Assembly (NCBI GenBank): GCA_025963875.1
Contig: JAOPZY010000023.1
Span: 1-59,472, forward strand
Length of the DNA: 59,472 bases
Direction: 5' to 3'
DNA from: Actinomycetota bacterium
Lineage (GTDB): Bacteria > Actinomycetota > CADDZG01 > JAHWKV01 > JAOPZY01
Part shown: in pieces, positions 26,125-35,639 of the stretch
Layout: each line of letters starts with the position of its first letter
How positions within the stretch are numbered: the first letter of the stretch is position 1
Position numbers and translations under genes: made by a program
The notes under the pieces: model-generated
Database searches by the model: none
Told to the model about the DNA's origin: nothing
The model's input: only the letters and a program-made list of their open reading frames with translations

Positions 26125-28569
26125 TCAGATTGAGCCGGTGGGATAGGCGATCGGGCCCTCGGTCTGGACCACGACCGTCGACCCGTCGTTCGCCTTCTCC
26201 AGCACGATGAGGTCGTCGAGGCGGGCCTGGACACCCCCCACGTGGGAGATGACCCCGATGAGGCGGCCGGGCAAAGCCAGGCTCTCGACGCCGTCGATGG
26301 CGAGGTCGAGGCTGGCCGCATCCAGCGAGCCGAAGCCCTCGTCGAGGAAGAAGCAGTCCAGCCGGCTCCCTCCCTCCGCCACCGCCTCGGCCAGGGCCAG
26401 CGCCAGGGCGAGCGAGGCGAGGAACGTCTCGCCACCCGAGAGGGTGTCCGGCGACCGGACGACGTCGTTGGCGAGGTCGAGGAGGTGGAACTGGCCCTCG
26501 TCGTCGAAGCGGTACCTGCCGGTGAGCTGGAAGAGCTTCTCGGAGCCCACGCTGGCGAGGCGCTGGCGGTCGGCGTCGAGGAGGTAGGCGATGAACTTGG
26601 CGTCGGTCAGATCGGCCGCCAGCCGCTGGTACACGCTGCGGCGCCCCTGGATCTCCACCGTCCGAGCTTCGAGGATCGCCTGCTGCTCGATGGCCCGGCG
26701 TGCCTGCTCGATGCGCTGCCCCAGGGCTCCGACCGCCTCCGACGCAGCTTGCAGGGCGTCCTCGATCCGCTCCCGGGGCCCCAGCCCGAGCCGCTCCCGG
26801 AGCCCTGCGAGCACGTCTCTGCTCTCCGCCTCGTCGGCCAGGACCTCCCTGCGGAGCCTGACCTGCTCCTCCAGCATCGCGACCCCGGCGTCCCGGGCCC
26901 GCTTGGCTGCGCCGGCCAGGCTCCCGGCCTCGTCCTCGATCCCCGGTCCCTCGACGCCGAGGATGGTCGAGATCCGGATCAGCTCCCCGGCGAGCTGGCG
27001 CCGCTTCGTCGCAGAGGTCTCCAGGAGGCGCTGCGCCGCGTGTGCGGCCTGGGCGGCAACGTCCGCCCCCTTCCGCGCCGCCGCTGCATCCCTGGCGGCC
27101 GAGGCGATGAGCGCCTCCCGCCTCGCCACCTCGGCGGCTGCCTCGACCCCTGACCCGAGCAGCCTCGCCAGGGCCTCGTCCAGCTCGACCAGCTCCTTCG
27201 TCGCGGCAGCCATCTCCTCCTCGGCCGCCTGGAGCTTGGCGAAGGCCGACGAGGCTGCGCCGAGCAGGGCGGCTGCCTCGGCGGCTTGCTCCCTCGCGAC
27301 CCTGACGGCGGTGGTCGCCGCCTGCTCGGCCGCATCCAGCGCCTCCGGCACGGGACCACCGTCGGGAACCACGGTGACCTCCTGCGCGCAGACGGGACAG
27401 GGCTGCCCCGGTCGCAGCTCCGCCCGGAGGAGATGGGCGGCATGGCCCTCCTGCGCCGCGCGAAGGACCCTCTGGGCGGCCGCTGCGGCCGCCTCGGCCG
27501 TTGCGGCAGCTCGCTCCTGGGCTTCCAACGCCTGCGCCGCCCGGGCGGCTGCCGCCTTCCGCCTTGCAACATCCTCCCGGCGGCCCGCCGCTTCCGCCAC
27601 CGTCCGGACACGCCGGGACGACAGGTCGCGGGCAGCCGCCAGGGCCTCGCCGCCGACCTCGGACTCCTTCTGGACAACAGCCGCCTCGGCCGCCTCGGCG
27701 CGGTGTCGCGCCTCCTCGAGGCCGGCCTCGGCGGCTGCGGAGCGTGCCAGTCCGGAATCCTCTTCGGCGGCCAGCGCCTCGAGGACCGAGACCGCCGGGA
27801 TCTGCGTCACCGTCCTGTCGACCAGCTCCGACCGCCGGGCGATCTCCAACAGGTGCTCCTCCGCCGCGGCGACCACCGCCTGCGCAGCGGAGAAGGCAGC
27901 GACGCCCTCCCGCAGGGCGGAGACCCTGGCATCCCGGTCGATCCGCTGCGCCTCAAGGTGGGCAAGGAGCGCCTCCGGCTCGGGTGGAAGGGCCAGAAGC
28001 TCCGCCTGCACCGCCTTGAGCTCGACGTCGATGCCGGCGACCCGTTGCTTCGCGAGGTCTCTCATGGCGTCGACCCGCTCGTAGCGGAAGATGCGCTTCA
28101 GGATCCTGGAGCGATCGGTGGGGGTCGCCTTGAGGAAGCGGTCGAACTCGCCCTGCGGCAGGGTCACCGACGAGCAGAAGGCATCGAAGTCGAGCCCGAC
28201 GATGTCGGCGATGCGGTCGTTCACGGCCCGCTCACCCGACGTGTCCGGCGTACCCTCGCCGAGGCGCTTGAGGATCACCTGCGACGGACCCTCACGCCGG
28301 AGGACCCGGAGCACCTCCCAGCCCGTGCCGTCGACGTCGAAGACCAGCCGCACCCGGGCTACGCCAGCCCCCGAGGTGATGAGCTTCTTGGTGTCCTTGC
28401 CGATCTGGGGCGTCTTGCCGTAGAGGCTGTAGATCAGGGCGTCGAGGACCGAGGACTTGCCCGCACCCGTGGGGCCGACGATGCCGAACAGGCCCCGGTC
28501 CTGGAAGTCGAACGTCGTGGGCGTCCGGTAGGAGCGGAAGCCCTCCAGGGCGAGCTCAAGGGGCCGCAC
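26125..28569 (-). CDS. sbcC: SbcC/Rad50 SMC-family ATPase
   Basis: GPTGAGKS, LPQGEF, coiled coils with CPVC zinc hook, LSGGE, FLDEGFGSLD, ISH. Confidence 0.95.
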   Translation of the reverse strand: MRPLELALEGFRSYRTPTTFDFQDRGLFGIVGPTGAGKSSVLDALIYSLYGKTPQIGKDTKKLITSGAGVARVRLVFDVDGTGWEVLRVLRREGPSQVILKRLGEGTPDTSGERAVNDRIADIVGLDFDAFCSSVTLPQGEFDRFLKATPTDRSRILKRIFRYERVDAMRDLAKQRVAGIDVELKAVQAELLALPPEPEALLAHLEAQRIDRDARVSALREGVAAFSAAQAVVAAAEEHLLEIARRSELVDRTVTQIPAVSVLEALAAEEDSGLARSAAAEAGLEEARHRAEAAEAAVVQKESEVGGEALAAARDLSSRRVRTVAEAAGRREDVARRKAAAARAAQALEAQERAAATAEAAAAAAQRVLRAAQEGHAAHLLRAELRPGQPCPVCAQEVTVVPDGGPVPEALDAAEQAATTAVRVAREQAAEAAALLGAASSAFAKLQAAEEEMAAATKELVELDEALARLLGSGVEAAAEVARREALIASAARDAAAARKGADVAAQAAHAAQRLLETSATKRRQLAGELIRISTILGVEGPGIEDEAGSLAGAAKRARDAGVAMLEEQVRLRREVLADEAESRDVLAGLRERLGLGPRERIEDALQAASEAVGALGQRIEQARRAIEQQAILEARTVEIQGRRSVYQRLAADLTDAKFIAYLLDADRQRLASVGSEKLFQLTGRYRFDDEGQFHLLDLANDVVRSPDTLSGGETFLASLALALALAEAVAEGGSRLDCFFLDEGFGSLDAASLDLAIDGVESLALPGRLIGVISHVGGVQARLDDLIVLEKANDGSTVVVQTEGPIAYPTGSI

Positions 28570-29737
28570 CCAGCACCTCCTCCTCTAGCTCCCGCACCGC
28601 GGCGATCAGCTCCTCCGAGGCCGCCACCTCGTAGCCGCCGCGGCTCTTCGGCAGGGCATGGAACTCGGCGTACGCGGCGGCCAGCGAGCGCTCCGGACCA
28701 CCGGCGGCCGCCTGCCCGTCGCTGGGGTGGGGCTGCCACGTTGCCTGGGCGAGCACGGCGTCGGGCAGGAAGCTGCGCACCTCGTCGGCGATCCCGAAGA
28801 CCGGCCCAGCGGTGGTGACGCGGATGTCGAGGTAGGCGTCGGCGAACTCGCCCGCCCCGGCCCGGGCACGGAGCTGGTCCATCGTGTCCTCGACCCGGAG
28901 CAGCCGCCGGCCCGAGTCGAGCTGTTGCGACCACACCCGGGGAGGCTTGTGGGCCGACGCCTCGACGAGCACGACCTCCTTGCGGTGGGTCCGTTCGGAG
29001 AAGTCCAGTTGCAGCAGGCTGCCGGCGTAGCGTGCCCGGACCGCTGCCCCGGCGATCTCCTGCGGCCGGTGCACGTGGCCCAGGGCCGCGTAGTGGATGT
29101 TCGGCGGGATCGCATGGACCGTCGCGGCGTACTGTGGACCGACCTGGATCCTGCGCTCTCCCCCGCCGAGCTCGGCCCCCGCCACGAAGAAGTGTCCCGT
29201 CAGGATCCTTACCGCGTCGGGATCGAGGGCATCGCAGAGACGGGCGCAGATCCGCTGGACCCGCTGGTCGTAGCTCTTGAACCACTCCTCGGACTCCTGC
29301 ATGAAGTCCACCACCTCTGCCTCGTGGAGGAAGGGGAAGGCGGCGATGGCGGCGGTCTCGGTCCCGTCGCGGGACGGCACCGTCAGGACGCCTCCCTCGC
29401 TGGGGCGCCGGATGTGGGGGACGAGCAGGATGCCCAGATCCCTGAGCCAGGGCGCCAGGAGGTCGAGCAGGGCCACGGAGTCGTGGTTGCCGGCAATGAC
29501 CACCACGTGGCCGGTGGCATCCGCCAATCGGCGGAGGACGTCGAGGACGAGCGAGATGGCGTCGTAGGGAGCGAACGCCCGGTCCAGCAGGTCCCCGGCG
29601 ACGATGACGAGGTCGACCTTCTGGTCCCGGGCGATGGCGACGATCTCGTCGAAGACCTGCTCGAACTCGGCCCGCCGGTCGACCCGGCCCAGCTTCTTGC
29701 CGACGTGCCAGTCGGCGGTATGGAGGATCCTCACCAC
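28556..29737 (-). CDS. sbcD: SbcD/Mre11 nuclease
   Basis: HTADWH, AGDLLD, GNHD, GHF, ALGHVH, YAGS.LQLDFSE. Confidence 0.95.
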   Translation of the reverse strand: MVRILHTADWHVGKKLGRVDRRAEFEQVFDEIVAIARDQKVDLVIVAGDLLDRAFAPYDAISLVLDVLRRLADATGHVVVIAGNHDSVALLDLLAPWLRDLGILLVPHIRRPSEGGVLTVPSRDGTETAAIAAFPFLHEAEVVDFMQESEEWFKSYDQRVQRICARLCDALDPDAVRILTGHFFVAGAELGGGERRIQVGPQYAATVHAIPPNIHYAALGHVHRPQEIAGAAVRARYAGSLLQLDFSERTHRKEVVLVEASAHKPPRVWSQQLDSGRRLLRVEDTMDQLRARAGAGEFADAYLDIRVTTAGPVFGIADEVRSFLPDAVLAQATWQPHPSDGQAAAGGPERSLAAAYAEFHALPKSRGGYEVAASEELIAAVRELEEEVLGAAP

Positions 29738-29765
29738 GGGCCCCCCGCCGGGCGGGAGGCCGGCC

Positions 29766-29930
29766 AAGGTGCGGAACTTTTGGGACGTATAGCAACGTTT
29801 TTCTTCCGCACCTCCGAGCGGAACACCTTCGTGACCCTCACAACAGGTCCCCGCCCCGTGCCGGCCAAGGTGTTCCTAGCAGAAGTCCGCAACCCTTTCC
29901 GTGTCTGGCACGGTTTTCGTTGCGGACTTC
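29766..29930. repeat. Three adjacent palindromic elements (29766-29814, 29820-29876, 29882-29930)
   Basis: Outer stems AGGTGCGGAA/TTCCGCACCT, GGAACACCTT/AAGGTGTTCC and GAAGTCCGCAAC/GTTGCGGACTTC. Confidence 0.85.
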
Positions 29931-29983
29931 CTCACGGCCCTGCTGGCCGACGCCCCCGTCTGCGCTCACAACGGTGTCGGCCC

Positions 29984-31654
29984 TCACGACAGGCCCTCGA
30001 AGGGGTCGTCGTCGGCCACGGCCTCCTCCTTGCGCGTCGCCCACGGCGGGAACGGGAACGTGAAGACGAGGGGGGCCGGGATACCGGGCTGGAACAGCAC
30101 CATGGTGCCGGGCTTGAAGAGGCGGGCCCTCGCCCGGGTCGACGGCAGCATCCACCCGTACTCGCTGCGCTCCGCCTCGGCGGCGTCGAGGCGCCCGGTG
30201 ACGCGGATCGACGCGTTCTCCACGACCTCCGGGGCCACCCGGGATGCGGTCTGCTGGGCGCCGATGAGGATGATGCCGAGCGACCGCCCCCGCTGGGCGA
30301 TGTCGACGAGGGTCTCCTTGATGGGCGAGTGCCCCTCCCGGGGGGCGTACTTGTTGAGCTCGTCGAGCAGGACCACCTGCAGGGGCTGGCGCTGGCCCGT
30401 GGCCTCCTTGTCGGCAAAGACCTCGTCGAGGATGGCGCCGACGACAAAGCGCTGGGCGAAATCCTGCAGCTTATGGATGTCCACGACGCAGATGGTCTCG
30501 GCCAGGCGGTCCACGCGCCGGCCGCCGGGGCGGATGAGGCGCCCGATGCGGGCCTCGGCTGCCCGCAGGCGCCGCATGAACGCCTGGGCCGTCCCGCCTG
30601 CCACCCGGCCGGTCCAGGCGAGCTCGGGCTCACTGTCGACGGGGTCGAGGTGCTCCTCGATGACCTCGACCAGGTCGGCCAGGGATGCAACCGACCTTCC
30701 CTCGACCACGGCGACGCCGGGGTGGCGGGGGTCGGGGACCGAATGGCGCTGGAGCTGCGCTCGGACGCGCTCCTCGACGAAGGTGAGCTGCTGGCGGAAG
30801 TCGCCGGTCTCGGTGAAGAGGAAGCGCAGCAGGCCTCGCTCGATGAACTCGAGCGGCGTCCACGAGAAGGCGGTCACCCCCTCCATGCGGGACTCCGTGT
30901 CGGGGATCAGCTCCGGGCCGGCCCGCACCGGCGCCCAGAACGACACCGAGGGGAACGGCTCGGCCGGCACCCCGAGGAGGGTCCACTGCTCCCTTGCCTC
31001 CTCGGTGAGGCGGGCATTGGCCTTGTCGAGCCAGAGCAGATCCTCGCCCTTCACGTTGAACACCAGCGCCCGGAGGTTGGCGGCAGCGGGGCCGACGATG
31101 CCGTGGTGCGCCGTCAGCAGGCGCAGGAAGGCGAGGGCGAACGACGTCTTCGTCGCGACCCCCGAGACGCCCGAGATGGAGGCGTGGGCGCCCTTCGTGC
31201 CGTCGAAGAAGTCGAGGTCGACCCACAGCGGCGCCCCGTCCTTGGCGAAGCCGATGGGCAGGCGCCGCTCCATCTCGTCGGCGTAGAGTGCCTCGTCGCG
31301 GGCCGCGCCCGACACCCGCCAGGCCGGCTCGCCCGGGTCGGGCGCCACCCAGATCTCGGGGACCACGCGGATGGTCTGCACCGTCGCCGACCGGGACTTG
31401 TCGGCGTCCATGGTGAGCTCCTCGGCGATGCGGAGGGTGTCGGACTCGAAGCGGCCCCCCTCGTGCCGGGAGGCCACCTCGGTCACGACGCCGTAGGTGC
31501 GGACCGTGCCCGCCTTCGGCACCTCGGTCTCCACGACCACCAGGTCGTCGAGCTGCAGGTAGTTGGCCTCGTCGATGAGGATCCGGAACTCCGTGGTGGT
31601 GGCCGGCTCCAGGCCCAGCACGAGTCCGACCTGCTCCAGCTCGTCGTCAAACAC
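29984..31654 (-). CDS. herA: HerA-family helicase/ATPase
   Basis: N-terminal HAS-barrel-like region, Walker A variant ISGVSGVATKTS, FNVKGED, Walker B LLDELNKYAP, RGRSLG, AQQ; GTG 31654 overlaps the nurA stop. Confidence 0.9.
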   Translation of the reverse strand: MFDDELEQVGLVLGLEPATTTEFRILIDEANYLQLDDLVVVETEVPKAGTVRTYGVVTEVASRHEGGRFESDTLRIAEELTMDADKSRSATVQTIRVVPEIWVAPDPGEPAWRVSGAARDEALYADEMERRLPIGFAKDGAPLWVDLDFFDGTKGAHASISGVSGVATKTSFALAFLRLLTAHHGIVGPAAANLRALVFNVKGEDLLWLDKANARLTEEAREQWTLLGVPAEPFPSVSFWAPVRAGPELIPDTESRMEGVTAFSWTPLEFIERGLLRFLFTETGDFRQQLTFVEERVRAQLQRHSVPDPRHPGVAVVEGRSVASLADLVEVIEEHLDPVDSEPELAWTGRVAGGTAQAFMRRLRAAEARIGRLIRPGGRRVDRLAETICVVDIHKLQDFAQRFVVGAILDEVFADKEATGQRQPLQVVLLDELNKYAPREGHSPIKETLVDIAQRGRSLGIILIGAQQTASRVAPEVVENASIRVTGRLDAAEAERSEYGWMLPSTRARARLFKPGTMVLFQPGIPAPLVFTFPFPPWATRKEEAVADDDPFEGLS

Positions 31655-32603
31655 CCGCGTACTCCGGGGCGCGGGCCACGGCAGAGCGGATCCGGCGGAG
31701 CACCAGCTGGCGGTCGCCCTGCAGGTGCCACAGGCGCCGCTCGAGGGTGGCGATCGGGACGAGGTTCTGGGGCGAGCGGGTGTCCCAGAAGGGCTTCGAG
31801 GAGAAGCGCGGGAGGTGCGCCGCGGTGAGGTCGGCAAGCTCGACCGCCCGCGGGAGCGGCAGGGAGGCGCTCACCTCGCACCGCGCCACACCGGCCCACG
31901 GGTGGCCACCCGGCGAGGCAGCGAGGCGCAGGTACCACGAGTAGTGGTGGTGGCGCTGGTCCATAAGGGCGAAGACGGGCGTCCGCTGACCCGGTCCCAG
32001 TGCGGGAACGATGGGTTGCAGGCCCCGGTCCAGGTAGCCGCCCTCCTGGCTCTTGATGTAGCCGATGACGCTGAGCGGCAGCTCCCGGCGGAGCCGGCCG
32101 TCGGCGATGACGATGAAGCCCTCGTCGGCGAGGGCCGCAGCCAGCAGCCCCTCCCGCTCCTCCCGCAGGCTCTCGAGGGCGAACCGGACGTCTTCGGGCC
32201 TCGGACCCTTCGCCTGCCGGGACTCGTAGTCGAGCACATCCGAGACGAAAGGCATCTCGGCATGCCGGCCGGGCGGGAAGACGAGCGCCCGGTGCACCTT
32301 GGTCGCCCCGAACCTCGTGGCCCCGTTGGTCTTCATCGCCCCGACGCCGACCGATCCGCACAACCCGGCCACCAGCTCGCCGTCGCTCTCGAGAAAGACC
32401 CTGGCATCGACCCGGCTCACGCCGTCGAGGAACGCCAGCGGCGGGAGTACCCCGACGAGGGGGGTGACGGGCGCCCAGGGGACCTCTTCCACCGGCTGGG
32501 CCTGGCCTCCGGCACCCCCGGCTGCTTCAGGCTCGGGGGCGTCGATGCCGTAGGAGGTCCCATACTCGGGACTCCACGCCTCGACCCACATGCGACCAGT
32601 CAT
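31647..32603 (-). CDS. nurA: NurA-family nuclease (RNase H-like fold)
   Basis: AFLDGV.R, IADG.L, IGYIKS, GQRTP.F, YSWYLRL, R.PQNLVPI..LE..L; coupled to herA. Confidence 0.8.
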   Translation of the reverse strand: MTGRMWVEAWSPEYGTSYGIDAPEPEAAGGAGGQAQPVEEVPWAPVTPLVGVLPPLAFLDGVSRVDARVFLESDGELVAGLCGSVGVGAMKTNGATRFGATKVHRALVFPPGRHAEMPFVSDVLDYESRQAKGPRPEDVRFALESLREEREGLLAAALADEGFIVIADGRLRRELPLSVIGYIKSQEGGYLDRGLQPIVPALGPGQRTPVFALMDQRHHHYSWYLRLAASPGGHPWAGVARCEVSASLPLPRAVELADLTAAHLPRFSSKPFWDTRSPQNLVPIATLERRLWHLQGDRQLVLRRIRSAVARAPEYAGV

Positions 32604-32610
32604 GGTTGCG

Positions 32611-32633
32611 ATGCTACTGAGGGGTACCGACAA
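32611..32633 (-). promoter_or_regulatory. PafBC/RecA-NDp-type DNA-damage promoter of nurA
   Basis: TTGTCGG-TACCCCTCAG-TAGCAT fits TGTCGG-N10-TA-N3-T, 7 nt before the ATG. Confidence 0.8.
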
Positions 32634-32706
32634 CCAGAGGGCAATTTCTGCGTCTTCCCAAGAATTCTTCGCGCTCAGGCGGCAAAGCCGGAAGTATCAT
32701 GGATGC

Positions 32707-33534
32707 ATGCCTGCCATGCGATCCATCTGGAACGGGGCCATCACCTTCGGCCTCATCAGCATCCCGGTGCGCCTCTTCACGGCCGTCGAGGAGAAGAGTC
32801 TGAAGTTCCACCAGCTCCATGCCGCCGACAACGGGCGGATCCGCTACAAGCGGGTGTGCTCGGTCGACGAGGAGGAGGTCCCTTACGACGAGATCGTGAA
32901 GGGCTACGAGTACGAGAAGGACCGCTACGTCGTCTTCAGCGACGAGGAGCTCGAGCGGCTGCCCTCCGACAGCATCCGGGCCGTGGACGTGGTGTCCTTC
33001 GTACCCTTGGAGGAGATCGATCCCATCTATTTCCAGAAGTCCTACTACCTGGCTCCCGAGCCAACCGGCCTCAAGGCCTACCGGCTTCTTGCCCAGGCTC
33101 TGCAGGAGTCGGGCCGGGTGGCCATAGCGAAGTTCACGCTGCGCGAGAAGGAGCGCCTGGCCACCCTCCGCCTCCACGATGGCGTCTTCGTCCTCGAGAC
33201 CATGTACTGGCCAGACGAGATCCGCAAGCCCGACTTCGAGCAGCTCGAGAAGGACGTCGAGATCCGGCCCCAGGAACTGGCGATGGCCAAGACGCTCATC
33301 GACAACCTGACCGACCACTTCCAGCCGGATCAGTTCACCGACTCCTACCGCGGGCGCCTGGAGGCAGCAGCCGAGGCGAAGATCGCGGGCCAGGAGGTGG
33401 CAGTCGCGCCCACCGCCGAGCCCACCCAGATCCTGGACCTCATGGAAGCCCTCAAAGCCAGCGTCGAGGCCACGAAAGCCAAGCGTGACGCCTCGGAGGC
33501 GGAGCAGCCGGAGCCTGCCAGGGCGTCCGGCTGA
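32707..33534 (+). CDS. ku: Ku (NHEJ DNA end-binding protein)
   Basis: RSIWNGAITFGLISIPV, EIVKGYEY, IDPIYFQKSYYL, DLMEALKASV; TATCAT 6 nt before the ATG. Confidence 0.97.
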   Translation: MPAMRSIWNGAITFGLISIPVRLFTAVEEKSLKFHQLHAADNGRIRYKRVCSVDEEEVPYDEIVKGYEYEKDRYVVFSDEELERLPSDSIRAVDVVSFVPLEEIDPIYFQKSYYLAPEPTGLKAYRLLAQALQESGRVAIAKFTLREKERLATLRLHDGVFVLETMYWPDEIRKPDFEQLEKDVEIRPQELAMAKTLIDNLTDHFQPDQFTDSYRGRLEAAAEAKIAGQEVAVAPTAEPTQILDLMEALKASVEATKAKRDASEAEQPEPARASG

Positions 33535-33710
33535 CGGCCGTTCGCCCCTCTCTCGGGGACCGGCATGGGCCGGTAAGGCCCTCCCTGCGGTGAAATGGAC
33601 TGCGCTGGGGGGTCCAATTCTGGTAATTTGCGTGCGGTGCCGCACGGGCTTTGTTCGCGCCACCTGGGGGATTAGCGTAGAAATTAGTGGTTAAAAAAGC
33701 AGGGAAACCC

Positions 33711-33739
33711 TTGTCGGAGGCGCTTCGGCTCGCTATTCT
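33711..33739 (+). promoter_or_regulatory. Housekeeping-sigma promoter of whiB
   Basis: TTGTCG-N17-TATTCT. Confidence 0.55.
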
Positions 33740-33779
33740 CACGCTCCTATTGCCCCCGCGAGACTGTCAGGATTGAAGG

Positions 33780-34073
33780 TTGAAAGACGTCACGTTTTAC
33801 CTTGATCCCTTGTCATCCGCTGCATGCGACTGGCGCCACGACGCCGCCTGCCGTGAGATTGAGGATCCGGACATCTTCTTCCCAATCGGGACGACCGGAC
33901 CTGCCCTCGAGCAGATCGAAGCGGCCAAACAGATCTGCAACGACTGCTGCGTGAGGGCGCGGTGTCTGGATTGGGCACTCGCCACGGGGCAGGACATCGG
34001 CGTCTGGGGAGGCCTCTCCGAAGAGGAACGCAAAGAGATTCAGCACAGCCGGCGGCAGCCTTCTTTTGCCTGA
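33780..34073 (+). CDS. whiB1: WhiB1-like Fe-S transcription factor
   Basis: DWR..AAC, DP..FFP.G.TGPAL.QI..AK..C..C.V...CL, GVWGGLSE.ER; convergent with pdtaS as in mycobacteria. Confidence 0.9.
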   Translation: MKDVTFYLDPLSSAACDWRHDAACREIEDPDIFFPIGTTGPALEQIEAAKQICNDCCVRARCLDWALATGQDIGVWGGLSEEERKEIQHSRRQPSFA

Positions 34074-34140
34074 AACAACTTCATAGTTACCTCGGGGTAA
34101 TTCACCCCCCATTAGCGGTAGATGAACTCACCCCTCTACC

Positions 34141-35616
34141 TCACCCGTCCCGCTGCCGCTCCCCAATCCGAAGCGGGATGTCCACAACTGCAGTGACGCC
34201 CGGGTTGCCCCCATTGCTCGCTCCCGACGAGATGTTGATCTTGCCGTGGAGCTCGCTGCCCACCAGCGCCCGGACGATCTGAAGACCCAGCCCCGATTCG
34301 GCGAGGTTGAAGCCCTCGGGGAGGCCCTCACCGTCGTCCTCCACGAGCAGGCGAACGAAGCCGGGCTCCTGGCTCATACGGGCGACCACGGTGCCGCCAC
34401 CCGGACCGAACGCATGCTCGACGGCGTTCTGCACCAGTTCGACGAGGACGACGGCCAGCGGCGTGGCCACCTCGGCGGGCAGCTCCCCGGGGTCACCCTC
34501 GAAACGGATGTCGACCCGGCGGTCGGGCAGGGTCAGGCCGTCGGCGACCATGCGGATGATGGCCCGGCCCACCTCCCCGAACTCCACGGCTTCCCTGGGA
34601 TCACGGGACAGCGTCTCGTGCACGAGGGCGATGGAGGCGATACGGCGCTGGGCCTCCTCCAGGGCGCCCCTGGCCTCCGGACTGTCCAGCCGGCGTGCCT
34701 GCAGGCGCAGCAGGCTGGCGATCGTCTGCAGGTTGTTCTTGACCCGGTGGTGGATCTCCTGGATGACGGCCTCCTGACGGGCGAGCATCCGCTCCCGGTG
34801 GCGCAGCTCGGTGACGTCGCGCACGAGGAGCATGCCGCCGACGACATCGCGGTGCGGCCCCCGGAGGAACGGCACCGCGCGCTGCAGCACGACGGTGCTG
34901 CCGACCTCGACCTCGGCCTCCAACGGCGTCCCCATGTGCAGGGCGGCCCAGGCCAGCGAGGGCTCGACGCCGATGTCGGCGAGGCGCTCCCCCACGATGT
35001 TCGATACCACGCCGAGGCGCCGGTAGGCGGAGACGGCGTTGGGGCTCGCGTAGAGCACCCGGCCCTCCGAGTCGAGCCGCAGGAAGCCGTCGCCCACCCG
35101 GGGAGACAGCTCGGGATCGAGGGCCTCTCCCTCGAAGGGGAAATTGCCCTCCTGGACCATGCGGGTGAGCGCCAGGGCGCAGGACAGGTAGGTCTGCTCG
35201 AGCTGGCCAGGCCGGCGGTGGCCGAGCGGGATGCCCTCCATGGTCATCACCGCGATCACCCGGCCCTCGTACGGCACGGGGACCGCCTCCATCCGCACCT
35301 GCAGGCCGTCGACCAGCACGGGTTCGTCTCTGCGCCAGCTCCGCCCCTCGGCGAAGGCCCGGTCGATGATCGGCAACTCCTCGGGCCGCACGACCCGTGC
35401 GAAGGCATCCTCGGGATGCAGCGTCTGGGCAGTCACCGGGCGGAGCTGGCCCAGGCAGACGAAGCCCTGCGACGCCGACAGCCGGCACCACAGGAGGAGG
35501 TCGGCGAAGGAAAGGTCGGCGATCAGCTGCCAGGCTCCAAGGAAGTGGTGCAGGTGCGCGACCTCGGGCGGAGCGAGGTCGGTCTGCTCCCACGTGCGCT
35601 CGGCGACCGTCGACAT
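34141..35616 (-). CDS. pdtaS: PdtaS-type cytosolic histidine kinase (GAF/PAS/HisKA_2)
   Basis: [60 protein letters not shown]. Confidence 0.93.
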   Translation of the reverse strand: MSTVAERTWEQTDLAPPEVAHLHHFLGAWQLIADLSFADLLLWCRLSASQGFVCLGQLRPVTAQTLHPEDAFARVVRPEELPIIDRAFAEGRSWRRDEPVLVDGLQVRMEAVPVPYEGRVIAVMTMEGIPLGHRRPGQLEQTYLSCALALTRMVQEGNFPFEGEALDPELSPRVGDGFLRLDSEGRVLYASPNAVSAYRRLGVVSNIVGERLADIGVEPSLAWAALHMGTPLEAEVEVGSTVVLQRAVPFLRGPHRDVVGGMLLVRDVTELRHRERMLARQEAVIQEIHHRVKNNLQTIASLLRLQARRLDSPEARGALEEAQRRIASIALVHETLSRDPREAVEFGEVGRAIIRMVADGLTLPDRRVDIRFEGDPGELPAEVATPLAVVLVELVQNAVEHAFGPGGGTVVARMSQEPGFVRLLVEDDGEGLPEGFNLAESGLGLQIVRALVGSELHGKINISSGASNGGNPGVTAVVDIPLRIGERQRDG

Positions 35617-35623
35617 CATCCAC

Positions 35624-35630
35624 ATACTAT
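35624..35630. promoter_or_regulatory. Overlapping divergent -10 elements
   Basis: TACTAT (+) and TAGTAT (-) within the 23-bp gap between the divergent starts. Confidence 0.55.
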
Positions 35631-35639
35631 GGGTTCGTT

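Noticed and set aside
29819-29831. LexA SOS box-like CGGAACACCTTCG
   Set aside because: Does not fit GAAC-N4-GTTC and is explained as one arm of a palindromic element.
29766-29930. Possible CRISPR or mini-array
   Set aside because: The units are different inverted repeats without identical direct repeats or spacers, and there are no cas genes.
28658-31828. 1056-aa plus-strand ORF, and similar long ORFs at 697..2601, 31563..33488, 39554..41476, 41738..43918 and 53701..56286
   Set aside because: Antisense or off-frame shadows of well-supported genes, typical of high-GC DNA; no recognisable motifs.
33711-33739. Second TGTCGG as a PafBC motif upstream of whiB1
   Set aside because: Spacing to the -10 is 16 nt rather than 10; it fits an ordinary -35/-10 promoter.
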